A stretch of DNA of 64,000 bases. Source: Candidatus Cloacimonadales bacterium. GTDB lineage: Bacteria > Cloacimonadota > Cloacimonadia > Cloacimonadales > DAONDQ01. A program made the position numbers and the translations under genes. Location: positions 3,360,001 to 3,424,000 of the forward strand of contig OY759316.1 of the NCBI GenBank assembly GCA_963662275.1, read 5' to 3'. Position 1 is the first letter of the stretch. Each line of letters starts with the position of its first letter. Shown here one piece after another: positions 1-9,646 of this stretch. The notes under the pieces are model-generated. The model was given only the letters and a program-made list of their open reading frames with translations, had not been told where the DNA came from and did not search any database.

Positions 1-1126
1 CAGCGAAAGCAAAATCATTCTTCAAGGCAGCTTGTATTGGATGATCACACCAGATTTCACCCCAATCCGCTTTTAACATATATCTGGCAGATAAGTTTAC
101 TGTCATCCCAATACCTGTGTAAACACTCCTGCTTCTTGAGCCAATAAAACCTGCAAAAGCCATCCCCTGGGTCAAGCCAATCCGGGCTTGTTCTCTGAAA
201 GAACCTTGTAATTCAAAGGCAAAATTCATCGCTCTTTGCTGGATTCTCTCGTAATTCAAGGGAGCACCAAACATAATATAAGCCACCCATCCTTTGTCGG
301 TGCAATCTATGTGGCTGAAGTATCCTCCATATTTTTGAACTGCATTGAGAATCACTAAGACCTGCTCCTCCGTAGGACTTTCCAGATTGATGAAGCAGGA
401 AAGTACTTCACGGAATTCACCCTCTGAAGTGAGTCCTGTTACTGATTCTGGAAGGAAATCTGAATAGGAATGAACAATATCTTCTTTTGCACTACCAGCA
501 CTGATTGTATATTTATCTAATCGATACAGCTTGATAGCGCTGTCAGGTTGAACTTCCTGATTTGTATGAAAAGGAATCTTGGTGAATTGGCTTTGGCTGT
601 TTTTCTCATCGACTGTAAAAGTAGTGGTAACTTCATTCGTTTGTGATGTAGACTGAGCAATCACTGCCTGTATTATTCCTTCTCCGCTAAACCAAAATGC
701 AGACTGACTCTCGCTCTGCACAATCTTCCATTCAACTTTTCCGTAAGCAACACCAATTCTTGAAGCTATTTCAAATTCTCCATATTGGGTTATTTGTTTA
801 CCCTGTATTTTGATTGAATCCCTTACTTCCATTGCTGCTGATAGCACAGCAGTAATACCATCATTGGGGAATATGACGGTAAAAGCATCACCGGCAAAAC
901 CTGCAATAAATCCACCTCGGCTATGTACAGCTTGGATTGCTGGTGAAAAAACAGCATTGATTGTATCTGTGAGAATCTCAACCCCGGCATGAGAATGACT
1001 CATGAGTTCTTGTGTCAGGAAAGTGAACCCAATCAAATCAACGCTTATCACATAAGCATCGAATATACCACTGAACTTATGCTGTTTATAATTGGAAATA
1101 ATAAATTCAGGAATCAGGACTCGCAT
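1..1126 (-). CDS. Tandem class III adenylate/guanylate cyclase domain protein (sAC/ADCY10-like N-terminus), runs off window
   Basis: Not in ORF track; translated by hand from ATG 1126 (GGAGG RBS upstream): MRVLIPEF...SVDLIGFTFLT...GGFIAGFAGDAFTVIF (domain 1), then ...DCTDKG...FGAP...FAGFIGS...GMTVNLSAR (domain 2, same frame at position 100). Confidence 0.85.
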   Translation of the reverse strand, partial: MRVLIPEFIISNYKQHKFSGIFDAYVISVDLIGFTFLTQELMSHSHAGVEILTDTINAVFSPAIQAVHSRGGFIAGFAGDAFTVIFPNDGITAVLSAAMEVRDSIKIQGKQITQYGEFEIASRIGVAYGKVEWKIVQSESQSAFWFSGEGIIQAVIAQSTSQTNEVTTTFTVDEKNSQSQFTKIPFHTNQEVQPDSAIKLYRLDKYTISAGSAKEDIVHSYSDFLPESVTGLTSEGEFREVLSCFINLESPTEEQVLVILNAVQKYGGYFSHIDCTDKGWVAYIMFGAPLNYERIQQRAMNFAFELQGSFREQARIGLTQGMAFAGFIGSRSRSVYTGIGMTVNLSARYMLKADWGEIWCDHPIQAALKNDFAFA

Positions 1127-1325
1127 GAGAACCTCCCCAAATGAGATATAATATTATCAATCCACAATATATATCCCGTCAAGAAAAAATAATATACTTT
1201 ATTCCTTTGATGAGTCCCCCTACCTTTCATTATCAATTATCATCGTAACTTGCATATTTCCTTTATAATTTCATGAAAGGCATCCAATTTCGAGTTGAAT
1301 GAAATGGGGTATAATTACTATACAA

Positions 1326-1545
1326 CAACGGTACCACTACGGTTTTTTACCGTAATGGTACCGTATTGCTACCGTATTGCTACCGTAATGCTCATATGTT
1401 GCAAAGAGAGTAAAAAGGGGACTATTATTAGTTACGTTCCGAAAATTTTTCTTCTCTCTCTTTTCTACCCTAGTCTCTGGTCTCTAACACTTTCACCTAA
1501 ATATTTAAGTGAGTGAGCTTTTTGCCAAAATCAAGGGAGCATTTG
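1326..1545. repeat. Dispersed element copy A: TACCGTA x4 at 11-bp period plus downstream conserved motif
   Basis: TACCGTA at 1348, 1359, 1370, 1381; GAGCTTTTTGCCAAAATCAAGGGAGCATTT near 1515-1544 resembles 32676-32705. Confidence 0.55.
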
Positions 1546-1571
1546 TAAAAAAGCTGGAATTTCTTCAAAAT

Positions 1572-1791
1572 TCCCGTAGGGAAGAAACATATTAACACTG
1601 GATTTTAATCCGGTGATACGACCCTCGAAGACTCGAAGTCCCATCGGGATGACATATGAACTATCTAATGCCTGACTGGCTTGCTGTCATTACTCATCTG
1701 CCTTTTGCACCTAACTACTCTGCTTGTAGCTTTAGGTCACATATCGCCGGATTGAAATCCGAGCGTTATTATCTATCGTCCGAATCGGACT
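1572..1791. repeat. Inverted pair of REP-like palindromic units
   Basis: TCCCGTAGGGA...AACACTGGATTTTAATCCGGTGATA at 1572-1618 and a diverged inverted copy at 1741-1791. Confidence 0.55.
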
Positions 1792-1862
1792 GCCTTTGTT
1801 CTTGACATATATCAATTCAAATAAATACATTACATATAAAAATTTGTGATAGGAAGGGATAA

Positions 1863-2810
1863 ATGGCTGCTGAAGTAGCTAAAAATATCATACCGGAAAG
1901 GCTTTTTGATACGATCAAGTCTAATATAGATACAGGAAAATTCTTAGAGCAACTAATGAAAAGCCACTATGTTAATCCAAATGGTCAATTGTGGCATGGT
2001 GATTCAATGATCTGGTTAAACTCGATTCCAGATAACTCCATCGATATGGTCTTTGCTGATCCCCCATACAATATCAAAAAAGCGGAATGGGACATGTTTC
2101 CCAGCACGAATGCTTACATATATTGGTGTATGGAATGGATAGAACAGGTTCACAGAATATTGAAGCCCAATGGAACATTCTATGTTTGTGGTTTTTCAGA
2201 AATCATTGCTGAGTTGGTTGCACCGAGTATGAAGTATTTCTCAGGATTAAAGTGGCTCATTTGGCATTACAAGAACAAAGCGAATTTGGGTAAGGATTGG
2301 GGGCGCAGCCATGAAAGTATCCTCCATTTCAGGAAAAGCAGTGACTTTACAATCAATATTGATGATGTCAGAATTCCTTACCATAATCATACATTAAAAT
2401 ATCCCGAGCATCCCCAGGCGGATTCAAGTCAATACTCCAATAATGGGAAAAAGCATGACTGGACACCTCATCCTGATGGTGCTAAAGCTAAAGATGTCAT
2501 AGAAATACCCACTACATGCAACGGTATGAATGAAAAAACACCTCATCCTACTCAAAAACCAGAAGAACTTCTCAGAAAGTTGATATTAGTTTCCACGAAT
2601 CCAGGTGATATCGTATTAGATCCATTTATTGGCTCAGGTACTACCGCTGTTTGTTCTGAACAGTTACAACGCAAATGGTTGGGATGCGATTCAAATGAAG
2701 AATACCTCAATTGGGCAGTAAACAGAATTGAAAATGTGGTTCTAAAGTCAATTGAGGAATGGATTGAGATGGATAGGAAAACTCAGAAAAGAAGGATGTC
2801 AATTCGATGA
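1863..2810 (+). CDS. Site-specific amino-DNA methyltransferase, beta class (N6-A/N4-C)
   Basis: Motif IV FADPPYN precedes HPTQKPE and motif I LDPFIGSGTT. Confidence 0.93.
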   Translation: MAAEVAKNIIPERLFDTIKSNIDTGKFLEQLMKSHYVNPNGQLWHGDSMIWLNSIPDNSIDMVFADPPYNIKKAEWDMFPSTNAYIYWCMEWIEQVHRILKPNGTFYVCGFSEIIAELVAPSMKYFSGLKWLIWHYKNKANLGKDWGRSHESILHFRKSSDFTINIDDVRIPYHNHTLKYPEHPQADSSQYSNNGKKHDWTPHPDGAKAKDVIEIPTTCNGMNEKTPHPTQKPEELLRKLILVSTNPGDIVLDPFIGSGTTAVCSEQLQRKWLGCDSNEEYLNWAVNRIENVVLKSIEEWIEMDRKTQKRRMSIR

Positions 2811-3712
2811 AAATAGCAAAATTAAGGGAATGGGTAACGGATAACTCCAAATTTAACACAATTGATGAATACATACAGTTCTGTCAGTACTATTTAGATT
2901 ATATTTCGGATCAAAGCAATCTTCAAGCGAAAATAATTGCCCAGAATGAGCATCAGTATTTCTTTTATCAATATAACAAAGATGGGAATTATCAAATTAC
3001 TAGACCTCTCAATTCTGAGTTGTTTCTAGATAGAGATAATTTCGAGAAGAGTTTGAAGCTTTTCAAAGAAATCACTACTAATTTTGTAGAATATCAACCT
3101 ACGATCGAAGGAAGACAATGTATCAATAATGTAATCTATACAATTCAACAGACATTAGGTGCTACATTGGATGCACTTCCTGCTGGCAAGTCAAATCAAG
3201 CTCGTAAAGTCAATGGTACTCTCTTTGAAAAGCTGATTGTCATATTCTTCAACTCATTACATATTACTGCTAAAGCTGAAAACTTGGGAATCCCTGTTAT
3301 CCATAACAACGAAATCCTTTTTACCATGAAGTATCAGCATGATCTGGTTGTACGAAATGGTATAGGTGATGTCAAAGTGATCGGAGCTGTGAAAACAACG
3401 AGTAAAGATAGGATAGATAAAGTATTTATCGATAAATTATTGTACTCCAGATTAACTTCGACTGAGATATATCACATTGCTATCATTCTCAATGATATCC
3501 AACGCAAGAAAACCAAAGATATTACCAAATTTGGTATCAGTTCAACCTTCCTGCCTGGTAGATTCAAAGGCTATATGATAAAACTGTGCCCTCTTGATGG
3601 CGTTTATTACTTCGATATCAGAAAAGCCATGCAGACCGATAAACAATTGAAAGAAATGATCCAGACTTTTGACAGGCTTGTATTCGATGATATGAAGAAG
3701 TTTGTGAAGTAA
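2807..3712 (+). CDS. Putative type II restriction endonuclease (PD-(D/E)XK fold)
   Basis: ATGA overlap with the MTase; RKVNGTLFEKL...QHDLVV...AVKTTSKDR resembles EcoRII/NgoMIV-like catalytic motifs. Confidence 0.7.
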   Translation: MKIAKLREWVTDNSKFNTIDEYIQFCQYYLDYISDQSNLQAKIIAQNEHQYFFYQYNKDGNYQITRPLNSELFLDRDNFEKSLKLFKEITTNFVEYQPTIEGRQCINNVIYTIQQTLGATLDALPAGKSNQARKVNGTLFEKLIVIFFNSLHITAKAENLGIPVIHNNEILFTMKYQHDLVVRNGIGDVKVIGAVKTTSKDRIDKVFIDKLLYSRLTSTEIYHIAIILNDIQRKKTKDITKFGISSTFLPGRFKGYMIKLCPLDGVYYFDIRKAMQTDKQLKEMIQTFDRLVFDDMKKFVK

Positions 3713-3912
3713 GTGTTTTGATACTTGGCAATATGAGCATAATTTCTGGGTTTCTGAAGATGGCTTGTGAAAGAATCAGATCAACGGGATTATAGCTACG
3801 ATATTATAATATCAACTTTCGTTATTACGCTATTTCAAGAATATAAATTGACGAAAGCTGCATGTAGCTTTAATTTGTATGTATAACGTTTACAGCAACT
3901 TGGAGTAATCAT

Positions 3913-4152
3913 AAAAACACATTAGACAGAGAATATACATATTTCAAAGCTCATTTGGATGAATTCATTAAAGAGCATACGAACGAGTTTGTAGTTATTG
4001 CTGGTGAAAGTGTGTTAGGTTTTTATCCCAGTTTAACAGCAGCATTAAAAGAAACTGTCAAAACTCATGAACCGGGTTCATTTTTTGTTGAGCTGTGTAC
4101 ACCTGATAAAGACTATTACAATACTGTATTGATAAATTGGACAGTTGCATAG
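3913..4152 (+). pseudogene. Small DUF5678-like protein with apparently damaged start
   Basis: Frame is open upstream of TTG 3955 (KNTLDREYTYFKAHLDEFIKEHTNEFVVIAGESVLGFY); GGAG at 3902 is followed by an out-of-frame ATA rather than ATG. Confidence 0.45.
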
Positions 4153-4611
4153 CATGAACGCGTTTACCATACCCTATGGTAAAAGATTACTCAAGGTACT
4201 CTTAATAAAAGGAAATAATCTCTGTAGTTACTCTATACTCTAAGTCTCATCCACATACATTGTAAACAAATCAGCCTATTTATATACAGGAATCAATGAA
4301 TTTCTATTTATTTTATTCCATGGTTATAATAGTGCCTAATTTACTAAATTAGCTTACTTGTTGGTTTTAAACTTAACTGAAAACTGGTTGTCGCAACCGA
4401 CAATGAAAGGAGTGAAGAATTCCTACTCACCACATGCCAAATCGGAGTTTGGAATACTAGCTTTCATGTAATGTCCACAGTAGTAAAATCAAACTCTCCC
4501 TTAATCCCTCCCTTTGTCCAAAGGGAGTGAAATCAGACAGGACGCGGGTTAACCATTCCTCTCTTTGGATAGAGAGAGATGAAAAACGAGAAACTGTTCT
4601 TCTTTTCTACA

Positions 4612-6018
4612 CTATTTTATCAATATCATAGAATTGGTTTTAGTGTAATGCTCTGTTTGCATTTTATAGAAATACATACTAGAACCACAGTTATTATGTT
4701 GATCATCTTTACCATTCCAAACAACACTATGTCTGCCGGAAGCCAGGTTTTCATTCACTAATGTAGTAACTTTTTGACCTTTGAGGTTGTAGATTTCGAT
4801 GGAAACGTTAGCGTTATTCCTGATCTCAAAGGAGATGGTCGTGGCTGGGTTGAACGGATTTGGATAGGCATGATAAAGAGTTGCTGAATACGCAGGCTGA
4901 TTTGCTGTGAGATCATCATTTGCCACGGTAGTTTGCCAGCGAAGCGTAGGGTAATGGTCGTTTAAACCGGTAAGCATATTCCAAATCGTGTTAAAATCCC
5001 AACCTGCATACGTAAACATGTTAAGCATTTCAACTGTGGTTTTACCAGTGGTTACACCGGCAGAGTTTACAGCACCAGAAGTATCCGTATCCCAATAAGT
5101 ATCACTCATGAGATGCATATCATCTGCATCATAAACCCCACAGAATCCTTTATCAGGAATGATAATGCCGCTATCTTTTACCCAGCCTGTGGAATAGCAT
5201 TTATTCATGGTTGCCCTAAAGTTATAAGCAACAAAACCACCGAAAACGACATCAGTTCCACTGGAACGGGTTACATTACTGCGACTGTAACAATTGGAAA
5301 TTATGCCATAATAATTCGTACCTACAAAACCACCTGCATTGCTTGCACCTGTAACAGCACCAGTACAATAACAATTGTTGATGGTGGAAGCTGATTGATT
5401 ATATCCAACAAACCCACCAACACCGCCTGCTCCTATCACTGTGCAAGTACTATAACAGTTGGAGATGATGCCATAATCAGCAATTCCGATAAGTCCACCG
5501 CAATTAAGACTAAAACCGTGTACTGTGCCCGTACTATAGCAATTTGTGATGGTTGTTTGATTAACCCATCCTACAAGTCCACCGACATCGACACCTCCAC
5601 TTATATTGACATTCGTGACACCGAGATTTGAGATCACAGCACCCGAACCGGTACGCCCGAATAGTCCTATATAGTCCATACTTGGCTGATTACATGTTAA
5701 ATTTGAAATGCTATGTCCTTGCCCGTTGTAAGTACCTTTGAATTTCGTGACCAGGTCACCTATCGTAGTCCAGCCTGTATAACCACCTGTACCATTAGGA
5801 AACCAAGTAGAAGTAGCGGAAGCATTAATACCTGCAGTTTGCACGTAGTTGTTTTCCCATCTTGTATTATCAACAGCTATCCAGTACAAGTTCTCCAAAG
5901 ATGTGATCTGATATGGATTCGCAGCAGTTCCATCACCGGTTGCAGGTGCAACAGGAGTTTGAGCCAATAAATAAATTGATATCGCCATTAACAATAATGT
6001 GATCGTGATTTTTTTCAT
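4612..6018 (-). CDS. Secreted GLUG-motif protein with C-terminal FlgD-Ig/T9SS-like sorting domain
   Basis: Signal peptide; repeated VGGLVG...ITNCYSTGxV; tail YPNPFNPATTISF...IYNLKGQKV...MILIK. Confidence 0.85.
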   Translation of the reverse strand: MKKITITLLLMAISIYLLAQTPVAPATGDGTAANPYQITSLENLYWIAVDNTRWENNYVQTAGINASATSTWFPNGTGGYTGWTTIGDLVTKFKGTYNGQGHSISNLTCNQPSMDYIGLFGRTGSGAVISNLGVTNVNISGGVDVGGLVGWVNQTTITNCYSTGTVHGFSLNCGGLIGIADYGIISNCYSTCTVIGAGGVGGFVGYNQSASTINNCYCTGAVTGASNAGGFVGTNYYGIISNCYSRSNVTRSSGTDVVFGGFVAYNFRATMNKCYSTGWVKDSGIIIPDKGFCGVYDADDMHLMSDTYWDTDTSGAVNSAGVTTGKTTVEMLNMFTYAGWDFNTIWNMLTGLNDHYPTLRWQTTVANDDLTANQPAYSATLYHAYPNPFNPATTISFEIRNNANVSIEIYNLKGQKVTTLVNENLASGRHSVVWNGKDDQHNNCGSSMYFYKMQTEHYTKTNSMILIK

Positions 6019-6216
6019 AGAATTCTCCTTCTTTAGATTTTTAATTATTCTTACTCGTATAACTTTCTAGTATAAAAAAATTGAATAATCTCATCAATTT
6101 CTCTATTAGTCAAATTTTAGGGAAGGCGATTATTAAGTCAATGTTTTATACCTATGAAGTACTGCAGAAAATGAATAGCTCTATTTGTTGTTGGTATCCT
6201 TACGGTCTGATTTATG

Positions 6217-6248
6217 AAAAAAGGCAGTCTTACGACTGCCTTTTTTTT
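6217..6248. terminator. Intrinsic terminator (bidirectional form)
   Basis: AAAAAAGGCAGTC-TTAC-GACTGCCTTTTTTTT. Confidence 0.8.
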
Positions 6249-6264
6249 ATTTAGAGAATGAGAA

Positions 6265-8633
6265 TTACTTCAGCAATATCACTTTCCTGGTATTGGTCTT
6301 ATACCCAGCTTCCAACCTTACAAAATACACACCCGAACCCACAGCTTGTTTATTACTGTCTTTTCCATCCCACACGACCTTATGCTGCCCCAATGGCATA
6401 TTCTCATTGATCAACTGTGCTACTTTCTGCCCTTTGATATTATATACAGACAGGCTCACATGAGAGCTTACAGGAATATGAAAACTTATCGTCGTACTCG
6501 GATTGAACGGATTGGGGTAATTGCACAGCTTCGTAGCAACCACTTCAGCGGGTATTTCCTCTTCATTCCCTGTGGGAGAACCAAACTCATAGCAGCCCAT
6601 ATCAACGCGGTTATTCCAGATACGGTAGTTTCCCGCTAAATCTGCAAGAGGAAGGAACAGCCCTGTGGTATCCGGTGTGCCGCTATCAACGCATGGTGAA
6701 TCTGCAGTCAGATAAAGATAGTTGTCATCAAGCGGATTCGTGCTGGCAAAGAGCGGGTCTAAAGTAGTATTTCCAACACCCCAGGTATAATATTGTGGAG
6801 AAGGTATTAAAGCAGCACCACCTCTAACATCACTGTAATCTATATGAAGATTTGTAGCGACCCCATATGCACCCTGATAGCCAAGCATGATTTCGCGTGT
6901 TGTCGGATTGTTAAATATGCAATTCTTAACATTGATATAACCATTCAGGACAGTTGCTGTTTCCAGTGACGTGTTATTGGCAAAAGTACAGTTTGTTAAA
7001 TTCATCTCACCAGGACTTTCACAGCTTAAGGTATAAGCAGCTCCACCCATTGCATGGCTATCAGTGAACAAACAGTTATCAATTTCTATATGAGTATCTG
7101 TTCCGGTTTTACTTTCTATGCTAACTATACCATGCAATGATTCGGGATTATTGAATGTGGTCTGCCCACCGGAAAAAATGCAATTTCGAATCTGTAAATT
7201 ACCAGTAACTTCAGCTCCAATGTCACAGCCAAGTGCCAGTTCATGAGAAAGATCATCAGCAACATTATCTTTAAAAGTACAATCTTCTATTAAACCGGAA
7301 GAACCATTTAGCCTAATTCCTGCTACACCACTAGATCTGTTGTTTCTAAAAACAGAACGCTGAATAATAACATTGCGACATTGGAAAATACCTAATGATG
7401 GTTCGTTTGAATTAATATGTAAACTGTTTATATATTCCAGAGAGATTTTATCAATCAGAACCCTGGCAGTTACAATCTCAGGAGCTAAAAATATGCCAAA
7501 ATTACCCTGAACATTTGTTCCATTTAAAGTAAATTCACGAAGTTCAATATTTTGAATAACTCTACCAACAATTCCACTTGCAGGGAAAATAGGATCATCT
7601 AAGATTAATCGTGTATCTTCCTGACCACTCCCTACGAAATTAACATATGCTTTTAATTGTATCGGAAAAATCTGACCTTCTGATTGACGGTATTCGCCAG
7701 GTGCAAGATATACTGTTTTGGGATTGAGGCTGTCTGAAGCTATTCTTTGTAATGCTATGGCAATTGCTCGTAATGGACTTGCAGAAGTTAAACCGTCATT
7801 AGCATCATTTCCATCAGGGGAAACAAATAAATCATGGTTGATTTCTGTTATATATGCATGATTTGCAAAAATAATAGGCTGAGAAGGAACTTCGTAAAAT
7901 CCATGATCATTTCTAATGTAATATGTAGATGTAGTGAAAACAGATATAGTATCTGCATAAATAGTAGGTGTTATTTGAAAATTATCAAACAAAATATCAG
8001 ATCCCTGACCACAATAATTGCTATAGAAATTACATCGATTAGTTGCATTGAAATTAACAATAGAATCATAACCAATATATATTCCACCTCCCATAACAGA
8101 AGCAATATTATTATGGATGCTATTTCCCTGCAAACTTATTGAACCAGATGATAAATAGATTCCACCACCCACATCAGATCGATTATCAGAAATTCTATTA
8201 TTAACTAACTCCACATTAGCATGATAACCAATTTGTGCCCCCCCCCCCCCGGATAGAATACATTTTCACCCATACTTCCCTGTCCATTCGTGATTGTGAA
8301 TCCTCTAATTATTGATGCCAGTCCATTGGAGCCAGTTCCAGATACTTTGATGCAACTGCCTAATCTCCGACCGTCTATGATGGTTTGCCCTATATAAACG
8401 GGATTGCCTGTCGTCATTTCTTTGGAACACAGTATAATTCTTTTATTCAGGATTGTAATGTTTTCTAAATACCTTCCGGGATATACTAATACAGTGTCAT
8501 TATCTGCTGATGCGTTTATTGCGGACTGGATGGTAGTGTATTGGGCAGAGCCATCCAGGTTTACGGTATGAGTAAGAGCACAGAGGATTCCTGTTGAGAA
8601 TATAAGTATCATCAATAGCATTGTCTTCGACAT
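6265..8633 (-). pseudogene. Secreted right-handed beta-helix/DUF1565-like protein with FlgD/T9SS-like tail, frameshifted at a G13 tract (probably phase-variable)
   Basis: ORFs 8205..8633 (signal peptide, YTTIQSAI...VYPGRYLENI) and 6265..8214 (FVSPDGNDANDG, DMGCYE, YPNPFNPST tail) join across the C13 run at 8238-8250; total 2369 bp = 3n+2. Confidence 0.85.
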
Positions 8634-8668
8634 ATCTTCTCCAAGATTCTAATTGGAACGCTTACTTT

Positions 8669-8778
8669 AGACCCCCCTACCCCCCTTCTCAAGGGGGGAA
8701 TGTAAGGAGAGTCGCATCTGAACTTAATTTTAGTCTCCCCGTTCTAATCCCCCCTTGAGAAGGGGGGTAGGGGAGTCT
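8669..8778. repeat. 30-bp inverted repeat pair, C/G-run palindromic family
   Basis: AGACCCCCCTACCCCCCTTCTCAAGGGGGG at 8669-8698 and its inverse at 8749-8778 (1 mismatch); relatives near 4492, 31556, 31786, 32741, 38082. Confidence 0.8.
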
Positions 8779-8796
8779 TTTTCTGGATCTGTTCCC

Positions 8797-9418
8797 TTAC
8801 TTCAACAGCAGCATTTTCTTTGTGATTCTCTGTCCTTGTGTTTCCAAGCAACAGAAGTATATTCCGCTGGAACAGGCAAGTTTATTTTTATCCCTGCCAT
8901 CCCAGGTTACCTGGTATTTTCCGGACTTCTGTGCCTCATTAGAGAAACTTCGAACCATCTGCCCCCTGATGTTATAAATACTGATCCTGGCAGTACCTTT
9001 TTTTGCCAGGGAGTAATTGATTAGAGTGTGTGCCGAGAAAGGATTTGGGAAGTTCTGGTTTAGCTGGAGTGGATAAGGGGCTACCGGTGGGTTTGAGTTA
9101 TCAAACAACTTGACGAAAGCTCCATTTCTATCTTTCATTGATGTTTCTTCCCTCCCTTTCGTACCTTTATCCTCAACCAAATATGCTGAACAAATTCGTC
9201 GTGGTGCCTTTGTCCCATATTCCAGGCTGAATGTCAGACTTGCCACTTCTTCTTCAGTTAAATCGAGAATATAGGCATTTAATTGAACCCTTGTGCTGTC
9301 AACAACCACCGCTCCCATACAGGCTTCTCCCAGCATAAGACCAACTTCGATAGGGAGACTGTCCTGGATAGCTGTTAAATCCGAATAGGAGCAAGACAAA
9401 AATTAAATAGAATTTCAT
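8797..9418 (-). pseudogene. Internally deleted secreted protein with FlgD/T9SS-like tail
   Basis: AGGAG RBS plus ATG 9418 encodes signal peptide MKFYLIFVLLLFGF, out of frame (622 bp) with the 200-aa C-terminal ORF ending FPNPFS...KKMLLLK. Confidence 0.65.
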
Positions 9419-9646
9419 GATTTTCTCCTACATGATTGATTCTAGTCACTAATAGAATGAATGATTTTTTCCAAATAAATAATTATGTTTTTAAAGAAAA
9501 TAGTTAGAATATATTTAGTAACTATTTTTCCTTTCTCGAATGTATTTAAACTAATTGTTAAAGACAACTTTGTTGAAACTACAAGTGACAGTTTTTCAAT
9601 ATTATTTTTACATTGACAAGTTATCAGTAATTCTTCATAAAAAGTC

